Positions 46,736-60,977 of a stretch of 64,000 nucleotides of DNA are shown here, in pieces. The notes beneath the pieces were generated by a model. The model searched no databases. It worked only from the letters and a program-made list of their open reading frames with translations, and had not been told where the DNA came from. The translations under genes and the position numbers were made by a program. Position 1 is the first letter of the stretch. Each line of letters starts with the position of its first letter. The stretch comes from the human T2T-CHM13v2.0 reference genome, Homo sapiens, in assembly GCF_009914755.1 (NCBI RefSeq), contig NC_060937.1; one strand, written 5' to 3'.

Positions 46736-49700
46736 CTTTGTGGTTTTATCTACCTTTGGTCTTTGATGATGGTGACATACCAATGGGGTTTTGGTGTGGA
46801 TGTCCTTTCTGTTTGTTAGTTTTCCTTCTAACAGTGAGGACCCTCAGCTGCAGGTCTGTTGGAATTTGCTGGAGGTCCACTCCAGATCCTGTTTGTCTGG
46901 GTATCACCAGTGGAGGCTGCAGAGCAGCAAATATTGCAGAATGGCAGATGTTGCTGCCTGATCGTTCTTCGGGAAGCTTTGTCTCAGAGGGGCACCCAGC
47001 TGTGTGAGGTGTCAGTCAGCCCCTACTGGGAGATGTCTCCCAGTTAGGCTACTCGGGAGTCAGGGATCAACTTGAGGAGGCAGTCTGTCCATTCTCAGAT
47101 CTTAAACTTCATGCTGGGAGAATCACTACCCTCTTCATAGCTGTCAGACAGGGACGTTTAAGTCTGCAGAAGTTTCTGCTGCTTTTTGTTCAGCTATGCC
47201 CTGCCCCCAGAGGTGGAGTCTACAGAGGCTGGCAGGCCTCCTTGAGCTGTGGTGGGCTCCACCCAGTTCGAGCTTCCTGGCCACTTTGTTTACCTACTCA
47301 AGCCTCAGCAATGGCAGACGCCCCTCCCCCAGCCACACTGCTGCCTTGCAGTTTGATCTCAGACTGCTGTGCTAGCAGTGAGTGAGGCTCCGTGGTCGTG
47401 GGACCCTCTGATCCTGGCACAGGATACAATCTCCTGGTGTGCCGTTTGTCAAGGCCATTGGAAAATCACAGTATTAGGGTGGGAGCATCCCGATTTTCCA
47501 GGTACCATCTGTCACAGCTTCCCTTTGCCAGGAAAGGGAATTCCCTGACCCTTTGTGCTTCCCAGGTGAGGCAATGCCCCACCCTGCTGTGTGAGCTGCA
47601 CCCCCTGTCTGACAAGTCCCAGTGAGATAAACCCAGTACCTCAGTTGGAAATGCAGAAATCACCTGTCTTCTGCGTTGCTCATGCTGGGAGCTGCAGACT
47701 GGAGCTGTTCCTATTCGGCCATCCTGGAACCTCAACCCTTTTAATGATTTAATTTTAATTTACTTGTTTCTAATTTGTGTTCAAATTAGCACCATAAGGA
47801 AAGTTCTTCTGTGTGCTTCCTGGCTCCCTGAGGTAATTGCAGTGAAACTGGCTCTTGTTGAATTGGCAACTATCAGGTAATACTGAAGAAGCCAAGATGG
47901 GGGGAGAGAAACCAGATACTGATTACATCAGCTAGTTCCAACTACATTTATTTTTTTCAAGAATAATGAGAGTCTGCAGCACTTGAGTCACAACTTCCTT
48001 CCTTCTCTCCCAGCCAGCTCATTGTGATGGGATCTCTGGGTGGGTGTGGCCAAGAAGACACTAAATCCCCAGTTAAAGCTGCTACCACCCCCAGGAGAAG
48101 TAGGCCACTGGCACCTTTCATCCCCCGAGTTTCATATTATAGAGGCTAACTTCCAAGTGAATACTACAGAAAGAGTGGGACTCCCTTCTGCCACACAGCC
48201 CCACTTGTAGGGTGGATATTCTATCCCAGGTGTATCAGACTGAGAATTCCAGGGCCCAATTGCTGTCACCCAGCTTTCTCTTAAGGTGGAGGTTCCACAC
48301 TGGGAGAGACAAGCCAAGAAGCCCAGAGGCTACCACGTCTATCTAGCATCCTGCACATAAAGCAGGGCTGTCACTCCAAGGGAAGCAGACCATGGTCCTT
48401 GAACCCAGCTCTGGAGCAGTGGCTCAGAAATTTCACCCAGGGGCAGAGGCAGCTTATAAGGACAGAGAGCTCTAAAGCTCTTTATAAAGGAATTGTCTTT
48501 ATTTAGAAGAAGTGGGAAAATGCAAGCCTAAAGGTGTTCTCAAAAGCAATGGACATTTCGTTGATAAGCGCTTAAGTGGAGCTAGTACCTCCTTGAGAGC
48601 TTTGAGCTAAACTCTAGGTTTGTTTGTTTACCAGAGAGAACCACAAAAAGGGATAGTTAAGAAAATGTCTCCAGGGACTGGAACAAACCTCAAAGACTGG
48701 AGTCAAAAATTATTCCTATAAAGAGGCTTACCTAAATTGGATAAGATGGTGGAACAATTTATGTTGCAGGGCTTTGTTGGAAACAAAAGAGAAATCAGCT
48801 GACAATTAGTGAAGCCTAACATCTGGTTGTGATAACAACAGAGGCAGACAGCCTCTGGGAAAGCCTCACAATAAGAAACAGTAAAAAGCCGTGCTGAAAC
48901 CATTGTCAATCCAGGTGACTATGTGCAAGTCCAATGCGGTGCCCTCTGAGGAACAAAACCAGAGACTTCCTATCAGGGAAAATAGACCACGAAAATAGTC
49001 CAGTCAAGTCATTAAACAAAGAAACAAGTAAACAATAACAATAAGCCTCTGGCAGAGGATCAGAATCCAGAATTACTACAATATATTAATATTATTTTAA
49101 ATAGCTAGTTTTCGGCAACAATAAAAAATTATGAGACATGCAAAGAAACAGGAAAGTATGACTCATGCACAGGGGAAAAAAGAAGAAAGAAAAAAACAAT
49201 CAGGCAACAGAAACTGTGAGATGGCAAGATATTATACTTAATAAATTTTGAAAACTTAACAAATTTGTTAAATAAAGTTAACGATGACTTCAGAGTAGCT
49301 GTCATAAATATGTTAACAGAGCTAAAGGAAATCATGCTTTAAAAAGAATAGAAAGGTATAAGGACATTGTCTTATCAAATAGAGAATATAAAAAATATAA
49401 TTTATTTAAAAATTAAAATTTAAGAATAGAAAAGCACAAAAAGTGAAATAAAAATTTACTAAAAGGGATCAACAGAAGATTTGAAGTGGCAGATGAAAGA
49501 ATCAACAAACTTAAAGATAGATCAATAGAGATTATGCAAGGCAAGAGCAGAAAGAGAAAAAAGAATGAAGAAAATTGAACAGAACTTCAGAGAAATGTAA
49601 AACAGCATTAAGGAAACCAATATGTGTGTGATGGAAGTACCAGACAGAGAGGCAAGGGAAAAGGATCAGAAAAAAAGTACTCAAATAATATTATTAATGT

Positions 49701-50126
49701 AGTCTACACATTTAAAAATCTCAGTGAAAGACAAACAGAAATAACCCCAAAAGCAGACAGTAAAATCAAAAATAGGCAAATGGGATTCTATCAAACTAAA
49801 AAGCTTTTGCACACCAAAGAAAACAGTCAACAGAATGAAGAGACAACGTAAAGATTGGAAGAAAGTACTTGCAAACCATACATCTGATAAGGAGTAAATA
49901 TCCAAAAGATATAAGGAACTTAAACAATTCAATAACAAGAAAACAAATGTACTGATTTTAAAATCGTCAAAAGACCTGAATAGGTATTTCTCAAATGAAG
50001 ACATATGAATAGCCAATGGGTATATGAGAAAATGTTTAACATCACTGTCATAAGGGAAATGCAAATTAAAGCCACAATGAGATATCACCTCATACCTATT
50101 AGACTGGTTATTATAAAAACAATAAA

Positions 50127-50575
<449 letters not shown>

Positions 50576-51279
50576 TTACCATATGACCCAGCAGTCTCAC
50601 TTCTGGATATACATCCAAAAGAAATGAAATTGTTATATTGAAGAGATATCTGCACTCCTATGTTCATTGCAACATCATGGACAATTGCCAAGATATGGAA
50701 TCAATCTAAGTGTCCACTGATGGATAAAAAAAATGTTTCTCTCTCGTATGTACATACTATAATTTTCCATTGTACATGTATGTATACCTGTACACGTACA
50801 TATACATGATACAATATGTGTTATGTATGTATACATACATATGTGTTATGTACATATACATACATATTGTATCATATATATGTATGTGTACAGGTATATG
50901 TACTTATATAATGAAAAATTATTCATCCTTTAAAAAGAAGAAAATTCTGCTATTTATGACAACTGGGTGAACTTGGAGGACATTATGCTACGTGAAATAA
51001 CCACAGAAAGACAAATACTACATGATCTCACCTATACGTGAAATACAAAAAAGTTGAACTCATAGAAGCAGAGACCAGAATGGTGGTTGCCAGGGGTTGG
51101 GATTGGGAGTGGGAGAAATAGGAAGAAGTTGGTTAAAGGGTACAAAATGTCAGTTATATAAGATGAATATTTTTGGAGACCTAAAGTACAACATGGTAAC
51201 TATATACTGCATTGGAAACTTGAAATTTGCTCAGACAGTTGCTCTTAAATGTTCTCACCACAAAAGGAAAAATAGTGAC

Positions 51280-51694
51280 TGATACTAAAAGAGTTTGCAT
51301 ATTTGTCCTCTCCAAATCTCATGTTAAATTGTGATTCCCAGTGTTGGAGGTGGGGCCTGGTGGGAGGTGTTTGTCATGGGGCAAGTCCCTCATGAGTGGC
51401 TTGGTGCTGTCCTTTCGGTAAAGAGTGAGTTCTCACACTATTAGTTCACGCGAGAGATGGTTGTTTAAAAGAGCCTGGCATCTCTCTGTTTCTTCCTCTC
51501 TTGCCATGTGACATGGCTGCTCCCCTTCAGCTTCCACCATGACTGGAAGCTTCCCCAGGCTCTCACCAGAAGCAGATGCTGGCACGATGCTTCTTGAACC
51601 ATCTACAGAACTGTGAGCCAAAATAAACCTCTTTTCTTTATAAATTACCCAGCCTCAGGCATTCTTTTATAGCAGCATAAAATGGACAAATACA
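51280..51694 (+). mobile_element. MSTB-like MaLR solo LTR
   Basis: TG...CA ends, 5-bp TSD gtgac, gttggaggtggggcctggtgggaggtg. Confidence 0.9.
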
Positions 51695-52254
51695 GTGACT
51701 ATGTGAGGTGTTGGATATATTAGCTTAATTATGGTAATCATTTCACAATGTATACATATATCAAAACATCACATTATATACCATAAATATGTATAATACT
51801 TTTCTATTATAACTCAATAAAGTTGGAAAGAATAAAGTGTTTGCTTAATGAAGAAACAGAAAAAGTGTAATTTTGGGCAGTAATAGGAGAAAAACATCAT
51901 ATACTAGTGAACTCCAATAAATTAACAGCTGGCTTCTCATCAGAAACAGTAAAGGCTAGCAAGCAATGCAATGACATATTCAAGGTACTAAAAGAACAAA
52001 AGCTGTCAACTAAAAATCTTACATTCAGAAACATTGTCTTTCAAAAATTAAGGTGAAATGAAGCCATTCCTAGAAAAACAAAAACTGAAAGAATTTGTTG
52101 CTTCAGACACTTCCTGCAAGACATATTAAAGGAAGGTCTTTGGACTGAAGGGAAGCTACCCCAGACAGTAATTCAAAAAAGTGAAGAACATAAGTAAATG
52201 TAATTATGTAATTAGAAAATACAGTTTAAATGCACATTTCTTCCCCTTCCTTCT

Positions 52255-52350
52255 ATTTATTTATTTTAATTTTACTTTAAGCTCTGGGATAGATGTGCAG
52301 AATGTGCAACTTTGTTACATAGGTATACACGTGCCATGGTGATTTGCCAC
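52255..52350 (-). mobile_element. Very short 5'-truncated L1PA 3' end
   Basis: actttaag.tctgggata.atgtgcagaatgtgca..tttgttacataggtatacacgtgccatggt; flanked by tccttct. Confidence 0.85.
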
Positions 52351-52937
52351 ACCTCCTTCTTTTAACTGATTTTAAAAGAAATGGTTTACAACAATATGTA
52401 CATAATTTTATTGTTATGCCTGTATGTATATGAATGTAACATACTTGACAATAACAGCACAAAGTAGGTCAGTGGAAACAAAGGTGTATTAGAGCAAGAA
52501 CATGACACTGAATGGTAACTTGAATCCACAGGAACAAATGAAGAGAACCAGAAATGGTAAAGAAGAAAGTTAGTCTAACTTTACAGCCAGTCTAACGAAC
52601 TCTATAAATATGTACTTGCTCTCCTTTCATCTCTTATTTTCTATAAAAAAACACAAAAATTTATTAAATGACAATTGTAACAATGTATTATTGAGTTTAT
52701 AACATATAAAGATTTATTTATAGCACCAATAGCATAAAAGAGGACAGAGAAAACAGAAGTATATAGGAGGAACATTTCTATATATCACTGGAATTAAGTT
52801 AGTATATTATCTGAATTAGATTCTGGTAAGTTAAGATATGTATTGTAAGCCTTAGAGCAGCCAACCAGAAAATAACTCAAAAAATATAGTGAAAATCACT
52901 AAATAAATTAAAATGTTACATTATAAAATACTCATTT

Positions 52938-53451
52938 TGTTGGGAACAAGCCCCCCAAAATCTGGCAATAATCTGGCCCCCAAAACTGGCCATAAACAAA
53001 ATCTCTGCAGCACTGTGACATGTTCATGATGGCCATAAAGACCACGCTGGAAGGTTGTGGGTTTACTGGAATGAGGGCAAGGAACACTTGGCCTGCCCAG
53101 GGCAGAAAACCGCTTAAAGGCATTCTTAAGCCACAAACAATAGCATGAGTGATCTGTGCCTTAAGGACATGCTCCTGCTACAGTTAACTAGCCCAACCTA
53201 CTCCTTTAATTCAGCCCATCCCTTCGTTTCCCATAAGGGATACTTTTAGTTAATTTAATATCTATAGAAACAATGCTAATGACTGGCTTGCTGTTAACAA
53301 ATACATGGGTAAGTCTCTGTTTGGGGCTCTCAGCTCTGAAGGCTGTGAGACCCCTGATTTCCCACTTCACACCTCTATATTTCTGTGTGTATGTCTTTAA
53401 TTTCTCTAGCGCCACTGGGTTAGGGTCTCCCCAACCAAGTTGGTCTCAGCA
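52938..53451 (+). mobile_element. Solo MER9 (HERV-K9/HML-3) LTR
   Basis: tgttgggaacaagccccccaaaatctggc...ggtctcagca; 6-bp TSD tcattt. Confidence 0.92.
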
Positions 53452-56009
53452 TCATTTAATGAAAAAGAAATAAGTAAAGAAGAAAAAAGAAAAAACAGAC
53501 AAGATATTTGAAAACAAAAAGTAAAATTGCAGTTGTAAATCCAGCTACATCAATAACAACATTAAATATGAATGTGTTAATCCAATCAAAGTCACAGATT
53601 GTCAGACTGGATAACAAAAATAAGATTGAACTATAGAATGTCTACAGAAGATTCAAAGAAAATTGGGTGAAAGTAAAAGAACAGAAAAAGACACATCAAG
53701 CAAACAGCAATGTTAAGAAAGCTGGAGTAGCCATACTGATATCACATAAGCAGAATTAAAACAAAAATATTATTACTAGAGATAAAGAGAAATAATTTAT
53801 GACTAAAAGGTTAATATATCAAGAAGATATAATAATTATAAGCTGTGCAACAGAACCCAGGATGAAGCAAAAACTGACAAAATTAAATAGACGATTCAAT
53901 AATAACCATTGGAGACTTTGATACTCCATTTTTAATAATGGATATAACAACTAGGGAAAAGATGAACACAGAAATAAAAGACCTAAAAAACAACATAGAA
54001 CAACTAGATCTAATAGACGTGTATAGAACAGTCCACTCCAAAATAGCAGAATACACATTATTCTCAAATGCACATGAAACATTTTTCAGGATAGACCATA
54101 TGCTAGGCCATGAAACAACCCTCACTACATTTAAAAGAATTGAATTATACAAAACATACTCTCTAACAATAATGAAATGAAATTAAAACAAGGATAAATA
54201 TGTATACATTAAACAATACACTTTTAAACAACCAATAAATCAAATAATAAACCACAAGAAAGATTAGAAAATACTTTGAGATAAATGAAAATGAAGAGAC
54301 GCATACCAAAACTTATGGGATACAGTGAAAGCAGTACTCAGAAGAAAATCTATATTTAAAAACACCTATATTTTAAAATAAGAAAGTTCTCAAAACAACA
54401 ACCATATTGAAGGAAGTTTTTTGGACTGAAGAAACTAGATTTTAAAAAAGCAAGTTAAACACAAGGCAAACAGAAAAGGGAGATAATAGAGTGGAAATAA
54501 CTTAGTCAATAGAAAAGCAATAGAGAAAATACATGAAACTGAAAGTTGGTGCTTGGAAAAGATCAACAAAATTGACAAATCGTTAGCTTGATTGACCAAG
54601 ATGAAGAGAAAAACTCAAATTATTAAAATCAGCAATTAAAGAGGAAGCATTACTACCGACCTTACAGAAATAAAAAGGACTATAAATGAATACTATAAAC
54701 AATTGTGTGACAGTCCATTAAATACTGTATATAAAATGGAAAATTCCCAGAATGATGCAAACTATTGACTCAAAAAGGAATAAAAAATCATAACAGACTT
54801 ATAGCAATTTTTTTGAATTAATAATCAAAAACCTTCCCACAAAGAAAAGCTCATGACCAGATGGTTTCACTGGTACATTCTACCAAATACTTAGAGGGCA
54901 ATGAACAATAATTCTTCAAAAACTCTTCTAAAAAATTTAAGGGGAGGAAACACTTCTCAGTTTATTATCTGAGGCAGTATTATCCTGATACTGCAATTAG
55001 ACCAAGACATCATCACAAGAAAACTACAGAACAATATCTTCTATGAATACAAATGAAAAAAAATCCTCAACAAAATACCAGCAAACTAAATCCAGCAACA
55101 GATAATAAGGATTACATACCATCACCAAGAGGAATTTATCCCAGGAGTACAAAGTTTAACACCTGAAAGTCAAGAAGAATATCCATGTTGAATTACAGGA
55201 AGCTCTTGGAAATAAAAAATAAGTCTCATTCCAACTTTATTTCTGGTAACTTACCCTTCTAGCTGTGTGATTTTTGAAAAGTCACTTAACCTTCTATGCT
55301 GCCATTTTCTCACTTATAAAATTATTGTAGTTCACTAAACCAATAGAATAAAGGACACAAGACACATGATCATCTCAATAGATGCAGAAAAATAATTCGT
55401 CAAAATTTAATATTCTTTTGTGATAAAAACATGCAACAAACTAGAAACAGAAGGAAACTTACTCAAGCTGATAAAGGGCATATGTGACAAACCCACAGCT
55501 CTAACATAATATTTAATGATGAGACTGAGCAAGAGCAAGGCAAAGATATCTCCTTTTGCCACTCTATTCAATATTGTGCCGAAGATTCTAGACAAGTCAA
55601 CTAGGCAATACAATACAAGGAAAGGCATCTGGATTTGAAAGATGTATCTTTATTTGTAGATGACAAGATATTGTATATGGAAATTCATAAGAAGTTCAGT
55701 AAAAATTATTTGATCTGATAAACAAGTTCAGCAATGTTGGAAGATAAAAAATCAATATATACAAACATCAATTGTACTTCTATACATTAGCAAAGAACAA
55801 TCCAAAAATGAAATTAAGAAAACAAACCCATTTGTAATAGCATCATAAAGAGTAAAATAGGAATACATTTAACAAAAGAGGCTCAAAATGTATACTCTGA
55901 TATGTCAGGTACTTAATTAGTATAAATAAAGTAGCCACTGCTTGGAATAACAACTCACCTAAGATTCAAGAAGTGGCGATGTTGAATTACAGGGAACACT
56001 TTGTAATAA

Positions 56010-56160
56010 GAAATAGTTCCCATCCCAGTGATCTGCAATCACTTTCTTACTAGCTGTGTGAATTTAGAAAAGTTACATAGCCTTCTGCACTGCCATTTTC
56101 TAATGCATAAAATTGGGATAATAATAGTGTGGACATCAAGATTAAATGAGAGCAGTTTTT
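56010..56160 (+). mobile_element. MIR
   Basis: cttactagctgtgtga..ttag.aaagttac..ttttc..taaaattgggataataatag..gattaaatgag. Confidence 0.75.
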
Positions 56161-56329
56161 TAAAACAAGGTGCCTGGTCAGGGGCAAGGGCTTTCTCTGT
56201 GTTCCTTATATGATCCCTCAAAATTAGAGAAGTCTTCACCAAGATACTATTGCATATGAGTTAATTAGTTATTTTATACCATTGATATCCAAGTATAATG
56301 TTTTCTTCTATCTCTGAGTCCCTAGAGTC

Positions 56330-57265
56330 TATCCTCAGCACAGCAGCCAGAGTTGTTCTCTTAAAACTATAGAGCATTTTAGTCTTCTGCCCCACTATGC
56401 AGTGGCTCTCCACGGCGCTGTTTAGTAAAAGCTAAAGTCTTTAAATGTCTGCAAGCACTGGCACAAACTGGCACACCATCTCCTCGCTGACCTCATATTC
56501 TATCCTTCTGCTCCTCACTCCTGCTGCTCTACCCACAGTAACCTCATCACTGTTCTTTGCACACACCAGCAAACATACAATTTAGGGGCTTTGCACTGAC
56601 TTAGTTAATCTCATGACTAACTATCTCACTTCCCTCATGATTTGTTCTAATATACCTTTTCTCAGAAGCCTCCCCAGACCACCCTGTGTAAATAGCCATC
56701 CCCCCGTGCCCCAGGACCACCAGCATTCCTGGTCCTCTTTACCCTACTTTACTTTAGTACTTATCACTCCTTACAAACTGTCTGTGGTGAGCACTGGAAA
56801 GCTCTTCCCCAGCTGCTGAGTGTGCTGCCACCCATAGCGGGCAGCTGTCATTCTCTTCAGGCATCTTGTCCACTGAAGAGAGATGCTTCCACCGAGGCTG
56901 AGCAGCTTTTGGGAATGCATTCAGTAACTGGTCAAAGTGGCCATATAAATGCCCCGTCCCCTTGCCCAACTCAGGGCACTCTGAAAGACCATCACAGCTT
57001 CAGAGCCCCCCACAGGGTGGGCTACTGTATCTCCTTCCCAGCTTAAATGATCCCCAAGAGCACTTCGTCACACATTTCCGCTGCACGAATCTCTGTTTCA
57101 TCTGCAACGCTACATGTTCTACTGACTTGTGTGTATGGCCTTTCTCCTCCCACGATAATATAAGCTCCCCTAAAGAAGGACATTCTCTTCACTGATGTAT
57201 CCAAAACACCTTCACAGTGCCTGGAACATAGTGGAAACTCAACAAATATTTGTCAAATGAATACT
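56330..57265 (+). mobile_element. L2 3' region with an LTR16-like insert (about 56790-57030)
   Basis: L2 end cagtgcctggaacatagt..ctcaacaaatatttg..aatgaat; insert cttgcccaactcagggcactctgaaag.ccatc. Confidence 0.6.
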
Positions 57266-57515
57266 GAAGTATTAGATCTTTTCATCCATTGAGAAAATTC
57301 TGAAACAAAAAATTGGATAAAATCTTTAACTTTACAGATATAAAATGTTATTCATTGAAATACATTTTCTGTCTTGTATGAATCCTATAACACAGAGGCA
57401 GGAATATATGCAGACTTGTAGACCTTAGTTTCTCTTCAATTTATGGTGGGGGGAAGGTCATTTAAAAAATTATGGTGATACTGCCAGCTTTTTTAAAGAG
57501 ACTCCACACATCCAT

Positions 57516-57519
<4 letters not shown>

Positions 57520-57562
<43 letters not shown>
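57520..57562. repeat. (TA)n microsatellite
   Basis: Perfect TA run. Confidence 0.98.
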
Positions 57563-57565
<3 letters not shown>

Positions 57566-58091
57566 TCTTATTTTATGTATCTTTTTCTTGGACCAAAATG
57601 TGAACAGTTTTATTATTTATAGCTTGTAAAATTGTCAGCATGATCTACAATTTCTTCATATACTTCTAGAATATTTCCTACTTTACTGGCTTCCCAGTTA
57701 TACGTTTACTATTTTTTATTTCCTTTTCTTTCTTCTAATCATCTTACAATGCATGGCATGAATTTTGATACTGTACTCTGGTCCGAGGTCATCGAAAACA
57801 TGCTCCTGAAATTCTAGGATATCCTCAAAATACTAATGTCACTCTTATTTATAACACATGTCAAGAGATGGGTGTTTATTTTTGCTAACACTACCCTCGC
57901 AATGGGATTTTTTTATTACACTACCCTTTCATGAAGGAAAACTACAGAAACTGGGAGATCAAGATTGATAAGTAGATAGATGTATTCTAGTTTATTATAT
58001 ATAATTTTCTAGTTTTATATATATGTATTCTAGTTGTCTATATATATTCTCTATATACATAAAGAGAGAATGACTCTTTATCTACATGACT

Positions 58092-58106
58092 ATATATATG
58101 TATATA

Positions 58107-58167
<61 letters not shown>
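58092..58167. repeat. (TG)n(TA)n compound microsatellite
   Basis: Direct observation. Confidence 0.98.
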
Positions 58168-58169
<2 letters not shown>

Positions 58170-59296
58170 TGACCAGAGGTCAAGATCCTGGAGAGAATGG
58201 AAACACCTTGAGGAATAGCCCTATACTTCTTAACAATTTTCCATGCAAGGTGTCTGTGGCCTTAGGGAGTCTAGTCCACAGACATGAAGGACACAAGGCC
58301 CTTGACAATCCACAATCTGCCTAAAACTCAGAGAAGCCCAGCAGAAAGCAACAGCATGGCAGCTGGGGAGCAGAGCAGAACTTTCAGCTATTGTATGGTG
58401 CTGAGGAGACTAAAAATTGTGTTTAGGGTAGCCATGCTTGCCAAGTTTTGAGGGGCTTGAATTCAGAGGGAAAGGAGCACATTAAAGTGACTTCGATCCC
58501 TGGGTTCACGTTTTCTTACACTTCAGGGGGCCAGAGGTTGAGAAGCCGAAAAGAAAGCAGTGCCTAAGAGTCTGGGAAGCTGATCACAGTTTTGAAGCTG
58601 ACAATGCTGAGAAGGCAAAACTTTAGAGATCAGAGCCCACCAAAGTTGAGGAGCCTAGTGGGACACCTCAGACTTCTAGGACTCCATAGCGCAGTTACTC
58701 AGAGGAAGATCAAATCAAACCAAGACAATGTCTCATAAACAGTGACCTGTAACTTCAAATCTGCTGAACAGGTGGTCTGCCACAACTCCAGTTGCCTGTC
58801 AGAAGAAAAATAGACTCCCTGGAAGAATATAATGCCATCCAAAGCCCTGAGTTACCTTGATAATTCTTTACATACAACCAAAATTCTTTGCATCCCATAA
58901 AAAATAAACATGCCGGGCATCCCAGAAGACAGAAATAAAGAGCAAAAACCAAAAGGGGGGAAAACAGATATAAAATAGACCCAAAGATAATCAAGATATT
59001 GAAGTTATCCAATGTGGATGTCAAAATAACTGCAATTAGTATGTTAGAAAAATGGATGACAAGATGGAAAGTTTCTTCTGAGAACTGGAGTATTTAATGA
59101 AGAAGAATCAATGACAAGATTAGAATGGAAAAAGCCAACAGATTGACTGAAGAGCAGATGGCACAGAGCAGACAAGAGGCATAGTTTACTGGAACATATC
59201 CAAACCGAAGGATAAAGAGACCAAAGGACAGAAACAGAAGAGCCACATGAGACATGGTGGAAAATTTAAGAGACATGAATCAAAGTCCCCAAATAA

Positions 59297-59590
<294 letters not shown>

Positions 59591-59635
59591 AGATGCAATA
59601 TTTAAAAGAATGATGGTTAAGAATTTTGCAAAACA

Positions 59636-59933
59636 GGCCAGGCACGGTGGCACACACCTGTAATCCCAGCACTTTGGGAGGCCGAGAGGGGCAGACCACC
59701 TGAGGTCAGGAGTTTGAGACCAGTCTGGCCAACATGGTGAAACCCTGTCTCCACTAAAAATACAAAAAAAATTACCTGGGAGTGGTGGTATGCACCTGTA
59801 ATCCCAGCTACTCAGGAGGCTGAGCCAGAAGAATCGCTTGAACCCCGGAGACAGGGGTTGAGCTGAGACCATGCCATTGAACTCCAGCCTGGGTGACAGA
59901 GCAAGACTCCATCTCAAAAAAAAAAAAAAAAAA
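59636..59933 (+). mobile_element. AluS (Sx-like)
   Basis: Full Alu; TSD aagaatttt(g/a)caaaac. Confidence 0.95.
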
Positions 59934-60343
59934 GAATTTTACAAAACTGATAAAAGATAACAAGCCACAGATTCAAGGCTTTCACTGAACCCTGAACAGA
60001 AGAAAATCAAATAAATGCACATACATTTGAAAAAATTGTAAATATATTCTCGCTTGGATTCAGCAATTCCACCTCTCAGAAGAATCCTACAGATACACTT
60101 GCACATATAAGACATTGCCATTGCATGTGAAAGATATTCATTACTACACTGTTAAATGTAAACAAAAATCTAAATAACAATCAACGGCAGGTAGCATGAA
60201 TAAGTTTTGATACATCCTCTCTCCCCCATCCTCTCCGATTACAGTAATTTTTAAATAATTCCTTTAAACAATATGTTTACTGGGACATGAATCTTGTGTT
60301 TCTTCTTTGATTCTCTTTACTCTGTCTTTCTTGGGTGACTTAC

Positions 60344-60815
60344 TGTGGTAGAGTGGGTCACCCCTTCAATTTTGGATTTGGATAAAATACCAGACTATGC
60401 TACATAAACCTGGTCTCCTGAATGACTGCTGAGGGACCAGATGATACCACTTAGAAGTGCAAAGATAAGCTGAGGGTGAAGCTTAGCTAATGGGAAATAG
60501 GGACAGGAAAGAAATAGGCAGATAATGTGGCCTCCTTTCCCTCCATTGTGGACTACATTGAGATGTGTTTCCTCCTTGAAATGCTTCTGGAGAAGCCTTC
60601 TGTGTTAAGTGAGCTAAGTACCCTGCTATGTCTCTTCATGGCTTGTTGTGAAGCGGGGGACCGTGTGGTAGCACATCACATCACATTGCCTCACACCTTG
60701 CCTTGCCTCACTTCCCTCTTCCCTCACATGGCCCTGGGCTTGTGCCTCTCAAATAAAGTGTTAGCACTTAATTCTTGCATTAGGCTCTACTTTCTAGAGG
60801 GTGTGAACTAAGGCA
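60344..60815 (+). mobile_element. Old ERVL-class LTR (LTR40/41-like)
   Basis: caaataaagtgttagcacttaa..aggctct.ctttctag..ctaaggca terminus. Confidence 0.6.
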
Positions 60816-60917
60816 ATAACATTTTTTAGGCCATACAATGGAATACTGTGAAGTCAACTTAAATAGTTCTGTATATACTGAAATTGAATGCATACGTCTG
60901 CCTCTAGAAAGTTACAT

Positions 60918-60977
60918 TGATGGATGGATGAATAGATAGATGATTGATAGATCAATCAATAGATCGATAGATAGATA
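60918..60977. repeat. (TGGA)n/(TAGA)n degenerate tetranucleotide repeat
   Basis: Direct observation. Confidence 0.85.

Noticed and set aside
49256-49271. 16-bp perfect palindrome ttaacaaatttgttaa
   Set aside because: Short, AT-rich and inside an old L1; plausible by chance or a trivial fold-back
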